This document shows, in pieces, positions 38,311 to 50,878 of a stretch of DNA of 64,000 nt (position 1 is its first letter; each line of letters starts with the position of its first letter). Location of the stretch: NCBI RefSeq assembly GCF_018350175.1, contig NC_058368.1:62498001-62562000 (forward strand). The letters run 5' to 3'. The position numbers and the translations under genes were made by a program. This stretch comes from Felis catus. Its lineage: Eukaryota. Below the pieces are notes generated by a model. It saw nothing but the letters and a program-made list of their open reading frames with translations, searched no databases and was not told the origin of the DNA.

Positions 38311-39594
38311 ATTGTTCCTTTTTCATTTTTTTTTCATTTTTCCCTCTCTAGAACTGAGAGTTCAAGTCCATCATGAAGCTAGCTAAAAGGTTGATTTTGT
38401 AGTTAATCATCAGGGATACTTGTAATAGTATAATTAGAATTAAAAAGCTCAAATTCAGTCCAAGACCCTATAATAAACAAATGCTTCAACAGAAATCTCA
38501 CAATACATGATCTTGAGTGACATCACGTGTTTTTCCAATAGCTTCCATCAGCTTTCCAAAGGAGCACTTTATATCTTTTGTTGGCAAAGACCATCAACTT
38601 ACATTCAGAGCTGGGATTCAGAGTTCTGGCTGGACTCATAAAGGTGAGACCAAAGTTAGGTACTGATGAATAGCAGAAGACTTGGGTTTTTGTCTTCCAA
38701 TTAGATAAAATTATGTGAGGAAAGTAAATATGTTGGAAAGTATAAGGCATATTCAGTATAAGAGATTAATGTACCTACCATATAAGCAGAGAGAAAGCAG
38801 TCATAAAATTTTTAATAATTCAATGGACTTCTAAGCCCTTAAATTCAGCAAAATCCTATTGAAGACAAATTTAAAACAGTCTCAAAGAAATCCAAGCCTG
38901 AACAATCACAGACTTAGTTTTACCCACAATCATGTCAAAATTTCTTTTCCAATGCTACTTATTTGAAATAAAACTTTTGAATTAAATAAAAGTGCAGGAG
39001 GGCATTTTATGATAAGAAAATAATTCCCTACTAAGTTGGGAAATAGCTTATAATTTATTACGGTATTATTTCTATACAGTTTGGTAAATATTTTTATAAC
39101 TACAATTTAGACTTCCAAAATGTGAAAAACTGAAAAAGTCCTATGAGAAATATATATAAATCTATCATATTTAAAGGGGAAATTGATATCGATTGTGTCA
39201 CTGAATAAACCTAGCTTTCTATGGTCAAGAAACTTCCAATAACACAAAACTGTGTTATTTTCATATTTAATTTTTTGTTTCCTTTAATTCTGTACTATAT
39301 TATAAATCCAAAATAAAACCATCATAGTACAAGTTCTAATGCTAAAAATCTATTTGAAAGCTATAGTAGTTTTTTAATCATAAATATAATATAGTAGTAT
39401 TTTAATCATAAATATAATTAATTTTTCATCTAATGTATATGTTCACATATACAAAAAATATATTTCCTTGAGACAGTCACTACTAGGTGGTGTATGAGTT
39501 ACAGAGACAGATTTAGGGAAATATAAAAAGTTCTATCACCCACATACCTCCCCACGGAATATGTGTCTACAGGGGAAAAACTGATAATAATAAA

Positions 39595-40010
39595 TAATAA
39601 ATATGTTTGGTTCTTTGGGCCATGTGGTCTCTGTTACAACTACTTCATTCTGCTATTGTAACACAAGAGCAGATATAGACAATATTTCAAAAATAGGTGT
39701 GGCTTAAGAGGGTAGATTTTATGTTAAGTGTTCTTATCACACTTACATAAAACATAATAATAGTAAAGGGGGCAGAAGGGAACATTGGGAGGTGATGAAT
39801 ATGTCTACGGCCTTGATGATGGTGATGGTTTCACAAGTGCATATTTATCCCCAAATTCATCAAGTTGTGTACAGTCAATATGCACACATTTTACATATCA
39901 ATCATACCCAATATAGTGTTTTAACAAGTAAAATTAAAAAATGGGTATGGCTGTGTTTCAATAAAACTTTAGTATAAGTATTTGGCTGGATTTCACCGAT
40001 GGTCTAGTTA
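39595..40010 (+). mobile_element. MER58A-like hAT MITE split by an L1 3' end
   Basis: 'gggccatgtggtctctgttacaactact...' resumes as 'tggctgtgtttcaataaaacttta'. Confidence 0.8.
39705..39936 (+). mobile_element. 5'-truncated L1 3' end (L1MB-like)
   Basis: 'taagagggtagattttatgttaagtgttctt...ggaggtgatgaatatgtct'; TSD aaaaat(a/g)ggt(g/a)tggct (39689-39704 / 39937-39952). Confidence 0.85.
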
Positions 40011-41061
40011 GACTACTTCAGATCTATATGAGTATTTCCAAATGGACTGAATATTCCTTAAATAGTTCTTAATATTTCAAGAAGGAAAACACCATTATTA
40101 ATGATAAATGAAGGTTTCAATTAGATTATAAACTGAAGCAAGCCTTTAAAAATTGAGATTTGTCTAGTAAAGAAAGAGGAGAAAAGACTCAGGTCATGAG
40201 AAGAATTAACAGAAGTGTGGTGATAGAGATCAAACCACAAAATTGGTCCAGTTGAAAAAAGAAAAAAAAAAAAACTTTTTATGAGAAGCTAGTGAAGTAA
40301 GAGCTGGTTTTGAATATTTCTTTAATTTTCTATTTCTAAGTAATAAAATATATCATCTCTGCCGTGGGTTTCTGGAACTTGAACAGTAACAATATTTTTT
40401 AAAGACTTTTTTTCTCCCTTATTTCCCCTCCTTTTTTTCTCCCATTTTCTCAATGGCATTTCCTACTAAAACTACAACCTACATGTCAGTGGACAATTGT
40501 GGTCTAAATATAAAGACCTACTGCCTCAGTAGTGAAGAATGTTCCACTGATCACTCAAGAACCATTATATCATCAATGATTCATTTTCTTCTCAGGCCTT
40601 AATCTGTAATTCTCCCTTTACAGCAAAAGGAAAGAGGATAAAAGCTCCCAAAGCAGAAGGACAGAACAGCATTTGTTCAGCCCAGCTAACAGAGAGGAGC
40701 TAGCCAGAATACAGAGCACTCACAGTAGGTCAGCACAGAGCGGAACCATAAAAGTTCAATTACAGCCAGAGAAAGGTCACTCCGCAGGGTAATAAATAAC
40801 CAGCGACAGTGTGATTTTTGGAGGAAGCAACCTTTTCTAGTACAACTGAGAAAATGCTCATCCTTACAGTAAAGTCAACTGAAGAGAAGAGATAAAATAG
40901 GTTTTAGCAAACAGTGAGTTATCTGCAACAAGACACTGGCATCAACGAAGGCTCTTGACCTATGTTAGGAATCTCATGAGATATACAAAGAAAAGCAGCA
41001 GAATGAATGGATAAAAAAGACAGTCTAGAGCAAACCAAAACAAGACATTTTTTTAATCACA

Positions 41062-41608
41062 TGAGACAAGATTTTCACAAGGCCCTGACCAAGACAGCCT
41101 GAAGACTTTCCTGAGTTTGACTGAATTTAGACAGGCTTCTTCCTGATTTTAGGCCTTGACCTCTCTTTTCTTAGAGCATGTTCTTTACCAAACTTGTAGC
41201 TGTAAATTCTTTCTCTCTCTGAACCTCTGAGAAATAAATCCTTTTAAAAACCTCCTGTCAGTTTTATAACCCAAGAATGTCTTTCTCAAGGACCTGGGAG
41301 TCATTTCTTTGAAATGTAAACATGAAGGAAGACATGGCCTCTTTCTCCCAATCTTCAGTAAGCATCTGTCCCCAACTTATAAAATTACCTTCTGTGATGA
41401 AGATACAAGAAAGTTTACATTCCTTCAGGTAAAGCCAGTTAGCAAAATCAGATGGCCTATGATTTCTATACCCCAGTTCTTAAAAACTCTCCAACTGTCT
41501 TTGTTTCAACAGAGCTGAGTTCAGCCTGTGTCTGGTCTCTATACTCTATCACAAAAGACTCACATAAAATCTTCCATAACTGTTTAACTTTGGTGCAATT
41601 TGCTTTCA
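41062..41608 (+). mobile_element. MER31-like ERV1 solo LTR
   Basis: TG...CA ends; 'aatgtctttctcaaggacctgggagtcat...tttgaaatgtaa', 'cagagctgagttcag'. Confidence 0.75.
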
Positions 41609-41702
41609 TGGTCTTTTGTGAAAAGGAAGTACAAAAAATCCTAAAAGTTCTCTCTATTTTGTGTAATTACGATAATGAAAACTGGAAAAGTTTATTTTTC
41701 TG

Positions 41703-41945
41703 CGTTTTTTTAGTATTTTTAATGTTTATTTGAGAGATAGAGAACACGCATAGTGCAAGAGAAAGTGAGAGAGACAGCGAGCGAGCAGGGAAGGGGCAGA
41801 GAGAGAGGGAGAGAGAATATCCCCAGCAGACTCCAGGCAGTCAATGCAGACCCCAATGTTGGGCTTGATTCCACAAACCATGAGATCATGATTTGAGCCA
41901 AAATCAAGAGTCGAACACTCAACCAACTAAGCCACCCAGGCACCC
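41703..41945 (-). mobile_element. Can-SINE
   Basis: Ends 'aagccacccaggcaccc'; GA tract, T tail. Confidence 0.93.
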
Positions 41946-42342
41946 TGAAATGTTAATTCCTTGAGATAATAATCAATGTCTAATTTCTGCAATGTTTCCC
42001 TATTTATCTGAGTTGCCATGGAAATTGTTGGCTTCACTGCCTTAGGAAGAGTTAGTCCTGACTGACATGATGCAAAATTCACCTAAAATTGGCTTTTTCC
42101 CCCCTTAAACTGTGGATTATCTAAAATGTTTATACTAGGATCCAAGGATGCAGGAGGAGGGAAGGTGCATTCATTTGAGATGAGAGGCAGAAATAAAGAA
42201 GGGAAGGTTAATTCCCCACATTAGGTAGAAAATGAAGTTCTGGGGTTCAGTAAGGAGGGATGAGTAGACCTAGGGTACTTTAATGTACTCCAGGAAAGTG
42301 ATAGGAACTGGAATGGAGTGAGCAAATGGAAGCCCCAATTTA

Positions 42343-42569
42343 TTTTTTTTAAGTTTTTTTAAAGTTTATTTATTTATTTATTTTGAGAACGACAGAGACA
42401 GTGTGAGTGGGGAACAGGCAGAGAGAGATGGAAAGCGAGAATCCCAAGCAGGCTATGCACTACCAGCACAGAGCCCAATGTGGGGCCTGAACCCATGAAA
42501 CCGTGAGATCATGACCTGAGCCAAAACCAAGAGCCGGACACTTAACCGACTGAGCCACCCAGGCTCCTC
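42343..42569 (-). mobile_element. Can-SINE
   Basis: 16-bp TSD tggaagccccaattta (42327-42342 / 42570-42585). Confidence 0.96.
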
Positions 42570-43373
42570 TGGAAGCCCCAATTTAAGACAAAAAACAAAC
42601 AAACAAAAAATACAAGCTAGCTTTTCATTCAAGTATGCACAGTAATACCAAATAATCCCATGACACCAGCCTTGCACAGAAACAAGAAAGCAGATATAGG
42701 CATTATGTGACCTTGAGCAACAAACATTCCCATTATCCAAATATGCACCAAAAACCAGAAACACAAATTTCTTTCGCACTAACATTCTTCTTCTACAGGT
42801 CTTTGTACAGTTCTAGAGGAAAGGAAGAATCCCCAGTGCCTAAGGTTTTACTTCTCATATTCCTGGCAGAATAGTGCTTAGGTTCAACCTGACTTAAAGA
42901 ATATGAAGTAAAGTGAATTTTCTGCTCAGCTCAGTTTGTAGATTCAGGTTTATACCCCCTATAATGATAATAGCTTTAAAATATTAAGACTTTTACTTTA
43001 GGATATTTCACATGCATTAATATATTTAACTTTTACCAAGAAGTTGTAAAGTAGGTATAGGTTTTAAATTATACAGATTTTGCAGATAATGACAAAGAGT
43101 TAGACAAGTTAACTAACAAAAACTATGGTATAGAATGGTGTTTAATCTATGAATGGTTGTAATTTCATCCTATAGGCTTAGTCTTTCATAATTACCATTT
43201 TAATTACTTTTATTAAAATTACCAAGACAAACCACAACTAAGAATTTATTTATACACCTCTATTTCTATTTACAACAGAATTTGAAGCAGCATATCAGGC
43301 GTGCTTATAAAATTAATTGTAGATAATCTAGTGTGTATGGTTAATTCGGTGTCCCCCAACATAGGCACATAGT

Positions 43374-43387
43374 GCACACACACACAG

Positions 43388-43425
<38 letters not shown>
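43374..43425. repeat. Interrupted (CA)n microsatellite
   Basis: Seen directly. Confidence 0.9.
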
Positions 43426-43567
43426 CTCTTACTAGATTTGTGCCTCTAGATGGGGAACATCCATTATACCAAGAAAAGAGGTTCACAGCAAAAAGACGGG
43501 GAAAAGAGCTCTTAATTTTCCAGAATATGTCACAAACACTCTGTCCCAGGTATAACATTAATTAATA

Positions 43568-43652
43568 AAGAAAGGAAGGAAGAAAAGAGGGAAGAAGGAA
43601 GGGAGGAAAAGAGAGGAGGGAGAGAGGAAGCAGGAAAGGGAGGGAGGGAAAA
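43568..43652. repeat. Polypurine GA-rich low-complexity tract
   Basis: Nearly pure purine run. Confidence 0.85.
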
Positions 43653-44615
43653 GTTCACTAGAAAATCAGCTGTGTCCTTTCTTCCTCCTTCCCACCTCTT
43701 TTCTGCCAGGCTAAAGAAAAAATCAATGGAGGAAGGCAAGAGAATCAGGAACCAGGGTGAGCCTGGACCATGCTATTATGTGTCTTGTGCTGCCATGACA
43801 TAGGAGGGTAAGAATGTGTGAGGATGTGCTCTGTGGTTTAGCAGATCAGCTTCAGAAAACCTCTTTATTTGGGGGACTCCCAAGTAGGCCAAGGAGTGCA
43901 GACAGAGATTTGCCCATGTGGGTACTAGTGAGATAAAACACACTATGACCTTGCAGAACTAAAGGGTGCCTCAAGGTCTGCCTCAGAGGAAATGCATGAG
44001 CTGGATGGATCTCAGATCAGAAATCAACCTTAATGACATGATGCTCAAGTTCAAGAAGGAGATGTCACCCTAACAAATAAATGACTGTAATTTACCAGCT
44101 ATATTCTACAAAGTCCGTAAGTGACAAGGTTAAACCTTAATTAGCAAGATTGTGTTTTCTACCCAGAATGTCCAACAAACTCCAGGGATTAAAACTAGAT
44201 TACCCAGAGCCAAGTTTCCCAGAAAATAAACTAATAGCATCCTGTGACAATTGTGCCAAAAAAAAAAGTTGGAGGTGAAAAAGAGTTAGGAAATGCTAAA
44301 AATATACATCACCCTTTTGAATTCATAGCCAATAAATTAAAATTAACCAAGAAAAGAGACAGAAAGATTCCTCTCTAGTATTTCACTGAATGAAATTCAT
44401 TAAGATATTCATGTGAGAAAGATTTATTACAAATAATTCACCTGATGGATATACATGCTCTTATGTAAACATAGTGTTTCAGAAACCATCTTATTTGCAA
44501 TTTTCCTGGGCATCAGATTATGAAAAAAAGAAAAAGAAAAAGAAAAGGAGTGGACCCTAAAATAATATTATTAGAATAGTTTTATTACATCACTGCCCAA
44601 GTTATTGTTTTAAAG

Positions 44616-44660
44616 TAAAATAAAATAAATAAAATAAAATAAAATAAAATAAAATAAAAT
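44616..44660. repeat. (TAAAA)n
   Basis: Seen directly. Confidence 0.85.
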
Positions 44661-44892
44661 CAATGTATAGAAGTAGCATAATTTCCAGAGTATATTCTTA
44701 CATATTCATTTCCTTGAAGATGTTTTCCTTTAATATCATCATTCAAGGCAATTCTAAATAAGTATATATGACATGAGAATATGTTTGCATGTATGAGTAT
44801 ATACCTGTAGGTAAAATGGTTATTGTTAATATTTTAACTTTAAAAATATGTTGAAAACTTGGTGAACAGAAAACAAAATTGTCTTGATTTTT

Positions 44893-44942
44893 CTTTTAAG
44901 TTTTCATTTAAATTCCATTCAGTTAACGTACAGTGTAATATT
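44893..44942 (-). mobile_element. Extremely 5'-truncated carnivore L1 3' terminus
   Basis: Minus strand reads 'aatattacactgtacgttaactgaatggaatttaaatgaaaacttaaaa'. Confidence 0.6.
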
Positions 44943-44981
44943 GATGTTTTTAATCAACATAACTTGTAACAAGTTTTAATG

Positions 44982-45202
44982 CAGATGGTCCCCAACTCCT
45001 ATAGTTTGACTTAGGATTTTTCAACGTCACAATGTTTCAAATGCAATATGCATTCAATAGAACCTATACTTCAAATTTTAGATTTTGCTCTTTCCCAGGG
45101 ATAGTGATACACCATACAATCCTCTTTCACGATGCCGGGCAGTGGCAGTGAGCTATCACTCCCAGTCAGCCACCTGATCATGAGGGTAAACAATTGATAC
45201 AA
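44982..45202 (-). mobile_element. MER47/Tigger5-like TcMar-Tigger fragment
   Basis: TIR-like 'cagatggtccccaact'; 'gggcagtggcagtgag...cccagtcagccac...gagggtaaacaa'. Confidence 0.78.
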
Positions 45203-45207
45203 CCGTT

Positions 45208-46158
45208 CTGTTATACCAAAACCAAAGAAGACAGTATGACAAAATAAAACTAGAGACCAATCTGTCATGAATTAGATGCAAAAACCCTCCACAAAATTTT
45301 AGCTATTGAGTTCAACAATATATAAAAACAGCAGTACAACATGACTAAGTTGGATTTACTACAGACATGCAAGATTCATTATTTGAAAAGCAATAAATGT
45401 AATTTACAATATCAACATCCATTTATTATAAATACCTTCAGGATATTAGAATAAAGTCGATATTTTATATTATAAAGAGCATCTACAAACAACCTATAGT
45501 TAGCACCACACATACTGTATAACCCAGTCACTTTATTTTTAGGCATATATCCCAAAGAAATAGAAACTTATTTTCAGACAAAAAACTGTACATGGAGTCA
45601 CAGAAATATAAATCTAATCAGTGGTTGTCAGAGGAAAAAGATTGGAGTCAGGCTTGGCAAATGGACAGGAAGAAATGTAGGGGGAAATGATAGAAATGGT
45701 CTAAAACTAGATTGTAGTGAAGGTTGCACAATTGTATAAATTTAGTAAAAATCATCAAACTGTACAATTTTTGTAAATATTTATTTATTTGTTTGTTTGT
45801 TTGTTTTGACAGAGAGACAGACAGCAAGCAGGGAAGGGGCAGAGAGGGAGCCACAGAATCCTAAACAGGTTCCAAGCTCTGAGCTGTCAGCACAGAACCT
45901 GACTTGGGGCTAGAACCCATGAACTGCGAGATCATGACCAAAGCAGAAGTCAGATGCTTAACCAACTGAACCACCTAGGTGCCCCAAAATCTAAATAAAT
46001 ATTATACCCAGGTCAATTTTCAGCTTTGATAATTGTACTTTCATAAGCAAGACAGTACCACTAAAAAGAGGCTGAGTGAAGGGTGCATGGTGTCTCATTT
46101 AAAAATCTTCACAACTTCCTACAAATCTAAAATTCTTTAAAATAAAATGTTTTTAAAA
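45208..46158 (+). mobile_element. Old L1 fragments (RT start plus 3' UTR, internally deleted)
   Basis: 'ataccaaaaccaaagaagac...agaccaat...gatgcaaaaaccctc', later 'tatcccaaagaaatagaaactta'. Confidence 0.72.
45771..45985 (-). mobile_element. Can-SINE
   Basis: Ends 'aaccacctaggtgcccc'. Confidence 0.93.
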
Positions 46159-48099
46159 ACAAATTTTAGGTAATAAAATAAAATGTAGACTTTAAAATAT
46201 TTAGTTTTACATATCTGTTTGAACAACTTGAAATATATATTAAAAACATGCTTTAGAATATGGAAGAATAAAATAGCATTCCATCTACAGACATGTCAGT
46301 ATTTGTGAAGATTTCTAAACTAGTTACAGCCTCCAAGTCAGACAATGGGCTTCACTTCAGATGCTGAATTTCAATTTTTCATTAAAAAAATTGCTTTGCT
46401 TTAGTCAGAATGGAATTTCTTTGGAAATGATAAAAGATTATAATTTCAGAGAGAGCATGTCATATGGTTATATGTGGGAGGCAGTGGGAAATGTACAAAT
46501 GCAGAACTGGTATAACTCAAAGCATAATGCCGATACTGGTAAAGCATAAACATTCTTCAGAAATTCCTCTAATGAAATAATATGTGTACAAAATGTATGT
46601 ATTTATATTTTTCATTGCCATTCTTATGTCACAAAAGAGACTGCTTGGAGCTGGTCCAGTCATTAAAATAGTTTATTCTTTTTAAATAATTCTTTTTAAA
46701 GAATAAATATCATATGCATTATTGCAACATATTTTCCTTTTTATGTTGTCAGTAAATATATTTTTGTTCATTTTGCTTTTGCAGTCCCAAGAAAAAATGT
46801 AATAATTTTTCACAAAATATTTCAATTAAACAAAGTCTATCTCCAAAGAATGTACAAAGAGTAAGCTGATAATTTTAGATTAAATACCAACATGACTCTT
46901 AATGTTTGTTAATTTATTAATTCCCTATTGTCCTAAAAGTACAAGTAGTTTGTCTACTTTGCTCTAACTTCTTAAGCACAGATACAATTTTTAATTACAT
47001 TTTGTCATGCAAAAATTAAGGTACAAGTGGTGAAATACCTGAAGAATGTACCAAAATGTATGAAATGGAGAGAAAGACACTACTGTTTCCATAGTAACAG
47101 CAGGTTTAACTGGTTGCTGTAGCACCATGGAAACTGAAGAATAAAGAATACAGAGTACATAGAAAACATAAACTTTCAAATTAAAAGATTCATATTGATA
47201 AACAAATTTGGTATCTAACTGTGAAGAGCCACCCTTTCCTAATTCTATTTGGATCAGGACCCTGCTTATTCTTACAGAGTTTGGCTTAGGGAAACTAGAG
47301 AGGGCTACTGTTCCAATTTTTATAAGGAATGCCCTACTTCCTTGTTAAAATATGGTTGGCTGGTCTTTCTGAAGATTGCAAGGATAGGTAAAATGAGATA
47401 ATATATGACAAACAGCTCTATAAATTGTAAAGAGTTAGACAAATTTATCATTGTAATTCTTCCAAATCTTGATAATAAAAGTCTACAACTTCTCTTGTTA
47501 GTAACACCACCAATTCTTATATGTGTCTTTGCATAAAAACAGATTATTTTGTTTATATTTTTTTACAGAAAGCTCATTTCTTTAAAGTTTTTTCCCAAAT
47601 ATTTAAGTCTAGATTTCTCTTTTTACACGAGGAAAACTATAGATAGAGCTTACATAATTAATATAATGTATGAAAGAATAGAGTGAGCCTTTGACCTGTC
47701 ACCAATATTTTTAAAGTAGAAAAAAATACTTGAATCTGATGGTCCAGCACCATAATATATACTTTCTTAGCTTTTTACTTGCAGATTTGATCTAATGGAA
47801 TACATCTGAAGTTTCTTTACATCACGAGTAAATTTAAACAAGAAAACAATGTTTTGGCCAGTACATTATGTCTCTAGTTTTAGAAAATCCCTCTAAATAG
47901 TGTTTCATTATACTTTTTTGAACCACAATATGAAAAGCATAAAAAATTTTATGTGAGTCTGAGTGACATGGTTAAATGATACTTCTATCTGTAGTCATTG
48001 TGCTTTGTGTGTTGATGTCAAGAAGTCTGAGTTAATTTTCTCAAAACAATAGAAAGACTCATGTTATAACCACTCTATTAGTTTTAATGACATGGGAAT

Positions 48100-48345
48100 A
48101 TAGAGCAGTGGTGAAACATTTAGAGTCTGGAGATGTACTGTGTGGCTACTGATCCATCTCTGGTGCTTACTGTTTCTGAAATGGGGTAAATTACTTATGC
48201 TTTCTCCCTAATATTACCATTGTAAATTAGAGATTATAGTATGTACATCACAGGTGATCTGAAAACTAAATGAACTAAGATGACCAAAATAATTAGAAAG
48301 GTGTCTAGCATGAAAAAGACATGATATAAGTGATGATTATTATTA
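48100..48345 (+). mobile_element. MIR
   Basis: 'gagtctggag...ggggtaaattactta...tgtaaattagagattatag...aaggtgtctagca'. Confidence 0.65.
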
Positions 48346-48924
48346 GGGAAACACTCGTCTTTATAATTATTTCAGTTATGCTAAGCAAGAAAACACACTG
48401 CTAAAGATGAAGGATATAGACAGAACTAATAAATATATAATGTCTTATAATATGCCCATTCCCCCTTAATACAAAGATAAGATTTACTTCTCAGACATAT
48501 ATATAACAAGCCACAGAAATAATATTTATACAGCTACGTTTGTGCACTCTTTTATACTACTGAAATTTCAGATTAGCAGTTTTAATGTGATTCTCATAGA
48601 ATTTTCCACACTGTCCATAGTTTATTCATATCTTGTTCCCTGTATTTTAATGTCTAGTATTTCCTCTTTAGTATTTGCATGTCCTAGAATATTGTTATGC
48701 ACTGATAAAGACTAGAAGTTCTCTTTTTGATTCTTTAAGGTATTATTAATTTTTAAGCAAATATTTAGCTTTTACCAAACATGAGGTTAGGTTGTAAGAC
48801 TTCTCTACACTAGAGGTTAGTGGCTATATGCAAATTATTTTGTTAGATAAAATGCAGAAGGCACTACAAATAGAATAATCAAGCAAAAAGAGTATACTTA
48901 TGAATAGTAAATAATTTGATGTCT

Positions 48925-49345
48925 CATAAACATAGGTTCTAAGCTCCACTTCTGTCTATTATTAGTTGTGTAAATATGGCCAGTCACCTGAAAAACTCCC
49001 TCAGTACAATCTTGATAAATAAGCTTTAATTTCATTTTAAAAAATGGGAAATTGGGCACCTGGGTGGCTCAGTTGGTTAAACGTCCAACTTAGGCTCAGG
49101 TCGTGATCTCACGGTCCATGAGTTTGAGCCCCACACAGGGCTCTGTGCTGACACCTCAGAGCCCAGAGCCTGCTTCAGATCTGTGTTCCCCTCTCTCTCC
49201 TGCCCTCCCTGACTCACACTCTGTCTCTATCTCTCAAAAAATGAGTAAATGTTAAAGTTTAAAAAAACAAAATAAAAATAAAAGTAAAAAAATGAGAAAT
49301 AATGATTTTAAGGCAGATAGTGTACATAAAGTGATACAAAAATAA
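48925..49345 (+). mobile_element. MIR split by a Can-SINE
   Basis: 'ggttctaagctccacttctg...ggccagtcacc...taaaaaatgggaaat'. Confidence 0.5.
49053..49286 (+). mobile_element. Can-SINE
   Basis: TSD aaaaaatg(g/a)gaaat (49039-49052 / 49287-49300). Confidence 0.95.
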
Positions 49346-50156
49346 TATAAATTTTCTTGGTAGCAATAGCAACAAAATAATAATATTTATGATTTTATAG
49401 AGTTTGAATACTTTTTGGCAGTTATACCAAGTTTCTCAAGTTAAACAATGAACAAACTATTATTAAATTCTCCAATAATGTATTAGTGTCCTGAAAAGAC
49501 CAGAATTAATTATTATCCAAAACCTTAAAAATATAAGACTTTGCTCTCATTCTATACATGGATGCCTTTAACTATTTCAGGTCTTTCTTTGCAAATGAAC
49601 TTAATCACTGGAGCCCAGGAAATGAAATTCTTTGATTGGCAAGTTCAAGATAACATTGGCTGTCTTTTGTTATAACAGAAAGAAGTTGTTTAAGTCTCAC
49701 CCCAGTCTATAAAAAAATGCATTTGCTAGAGTAAAAAGAGGTTCTGTTACTAAAAATAGTGACAATAATGTTGATTGATTAAAAAAAAAAACATATCTCC
49801 TATTTATGGAAAATTTTAGATGAAGTACATCAGTCATTTGGTAACTCATTAAAATACTGTTATTACTTATTAGCAAATAGCCATTTGTTATAGAACTTGT
49901 TTGCTAAAGCAGCTGAGGAAAGTTATACATTTATGTATACATTAAATATTTTTTATTTCAATGTGCTGTATTTGTCAAGGCACTGAAGGGAAGAATCAGG
50001 AAAGAACTGGCAACTTTGCAAACAAGGAACAAAAAGGATAGAAAGAGTCCAAGATTTAGAACTTTAAGTGTTGGAGGAGTCAACTTTCTCATCTTTCTCA
50101 TCGGCAACTAGCTGTAAATAAAACTGAGAAAACCTTTGATCTATAAAAGCAGATTA

Positions 50157-50371
50157 GGGGCGCCTGGGTGGCGCAGTCGGTTGAGCGTCCGACTTCAGCC
50201 AGGTCACGATCTCCCGGTCCAGGAGTTCGAGCCCCGCGTCAGGCTCTGGGCTGATGGCTCAGAGCCTGGAGCCTGTTTCCGATTCTGTGTCTCCCTCTCT
50301 CTCTGCCCCTCCCCCGTTCATGCTCTGTCTCTCTCTGTTCCAAAAATAAATAAAAACGTTGAAAAAAAATT
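50157..50371 (+). mobile_element. Young feline SINEC_Fc-type SINE
   Basis: 15-bp TSD tataaaagcagatta (50142-50156 / 50372-50386). Confidence 0.97.
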
Positions 50372-50633
50372 TATAAAAGCAGATTAAAACCCATCCTTGT
50401 GTTGAGTATCAAATTAAGAGGATGATCAATTTATTTGATATCAAAAGCTTTAAGATGCCTCAGAGTAAAAGTCCAGCTAAGTGTTTGTAATCAAGCAAAT
50501 CCTTTCAATTGGACAAAATGGTGCAGTAAAAAGAAAAGAGGGGTGTGGCTGCACCACAAAGCCTGATAAAATGAAAGTACCCTCAATGAATTTGAGAAGG
50601 GATAAAAATTATTAGTTTAAGTGGACAGTTCCT

Positions 50634-50803
50634 GGGATGCCTGGGTGGCTCAGTCAGTAAGTGTCGGCACCTGACTTCTGCTCAGGTCACGATCTCATCA
50701 TTTGTGAGCTCGAGCCTTGCTGTGGGCTCTGTGCTGACAGCTCAGAGCCTGGAGTCTGCTTCAGATTCTATGTCTCTCTGTCTCTCTGACCCTTCCCCGC
50801 TGG

Positions 50804-50855
<52 letters not shown>

Positions 50856-50878
50856 AACAAATAAACATTAAAAAAATT
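50634..50878 (+). mobile_element. Can-SINE with long (CT)n
   Basis: TSD core gacagttcc on both sides; (CT)n at ~50807-50852. Confidence 0.95.
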
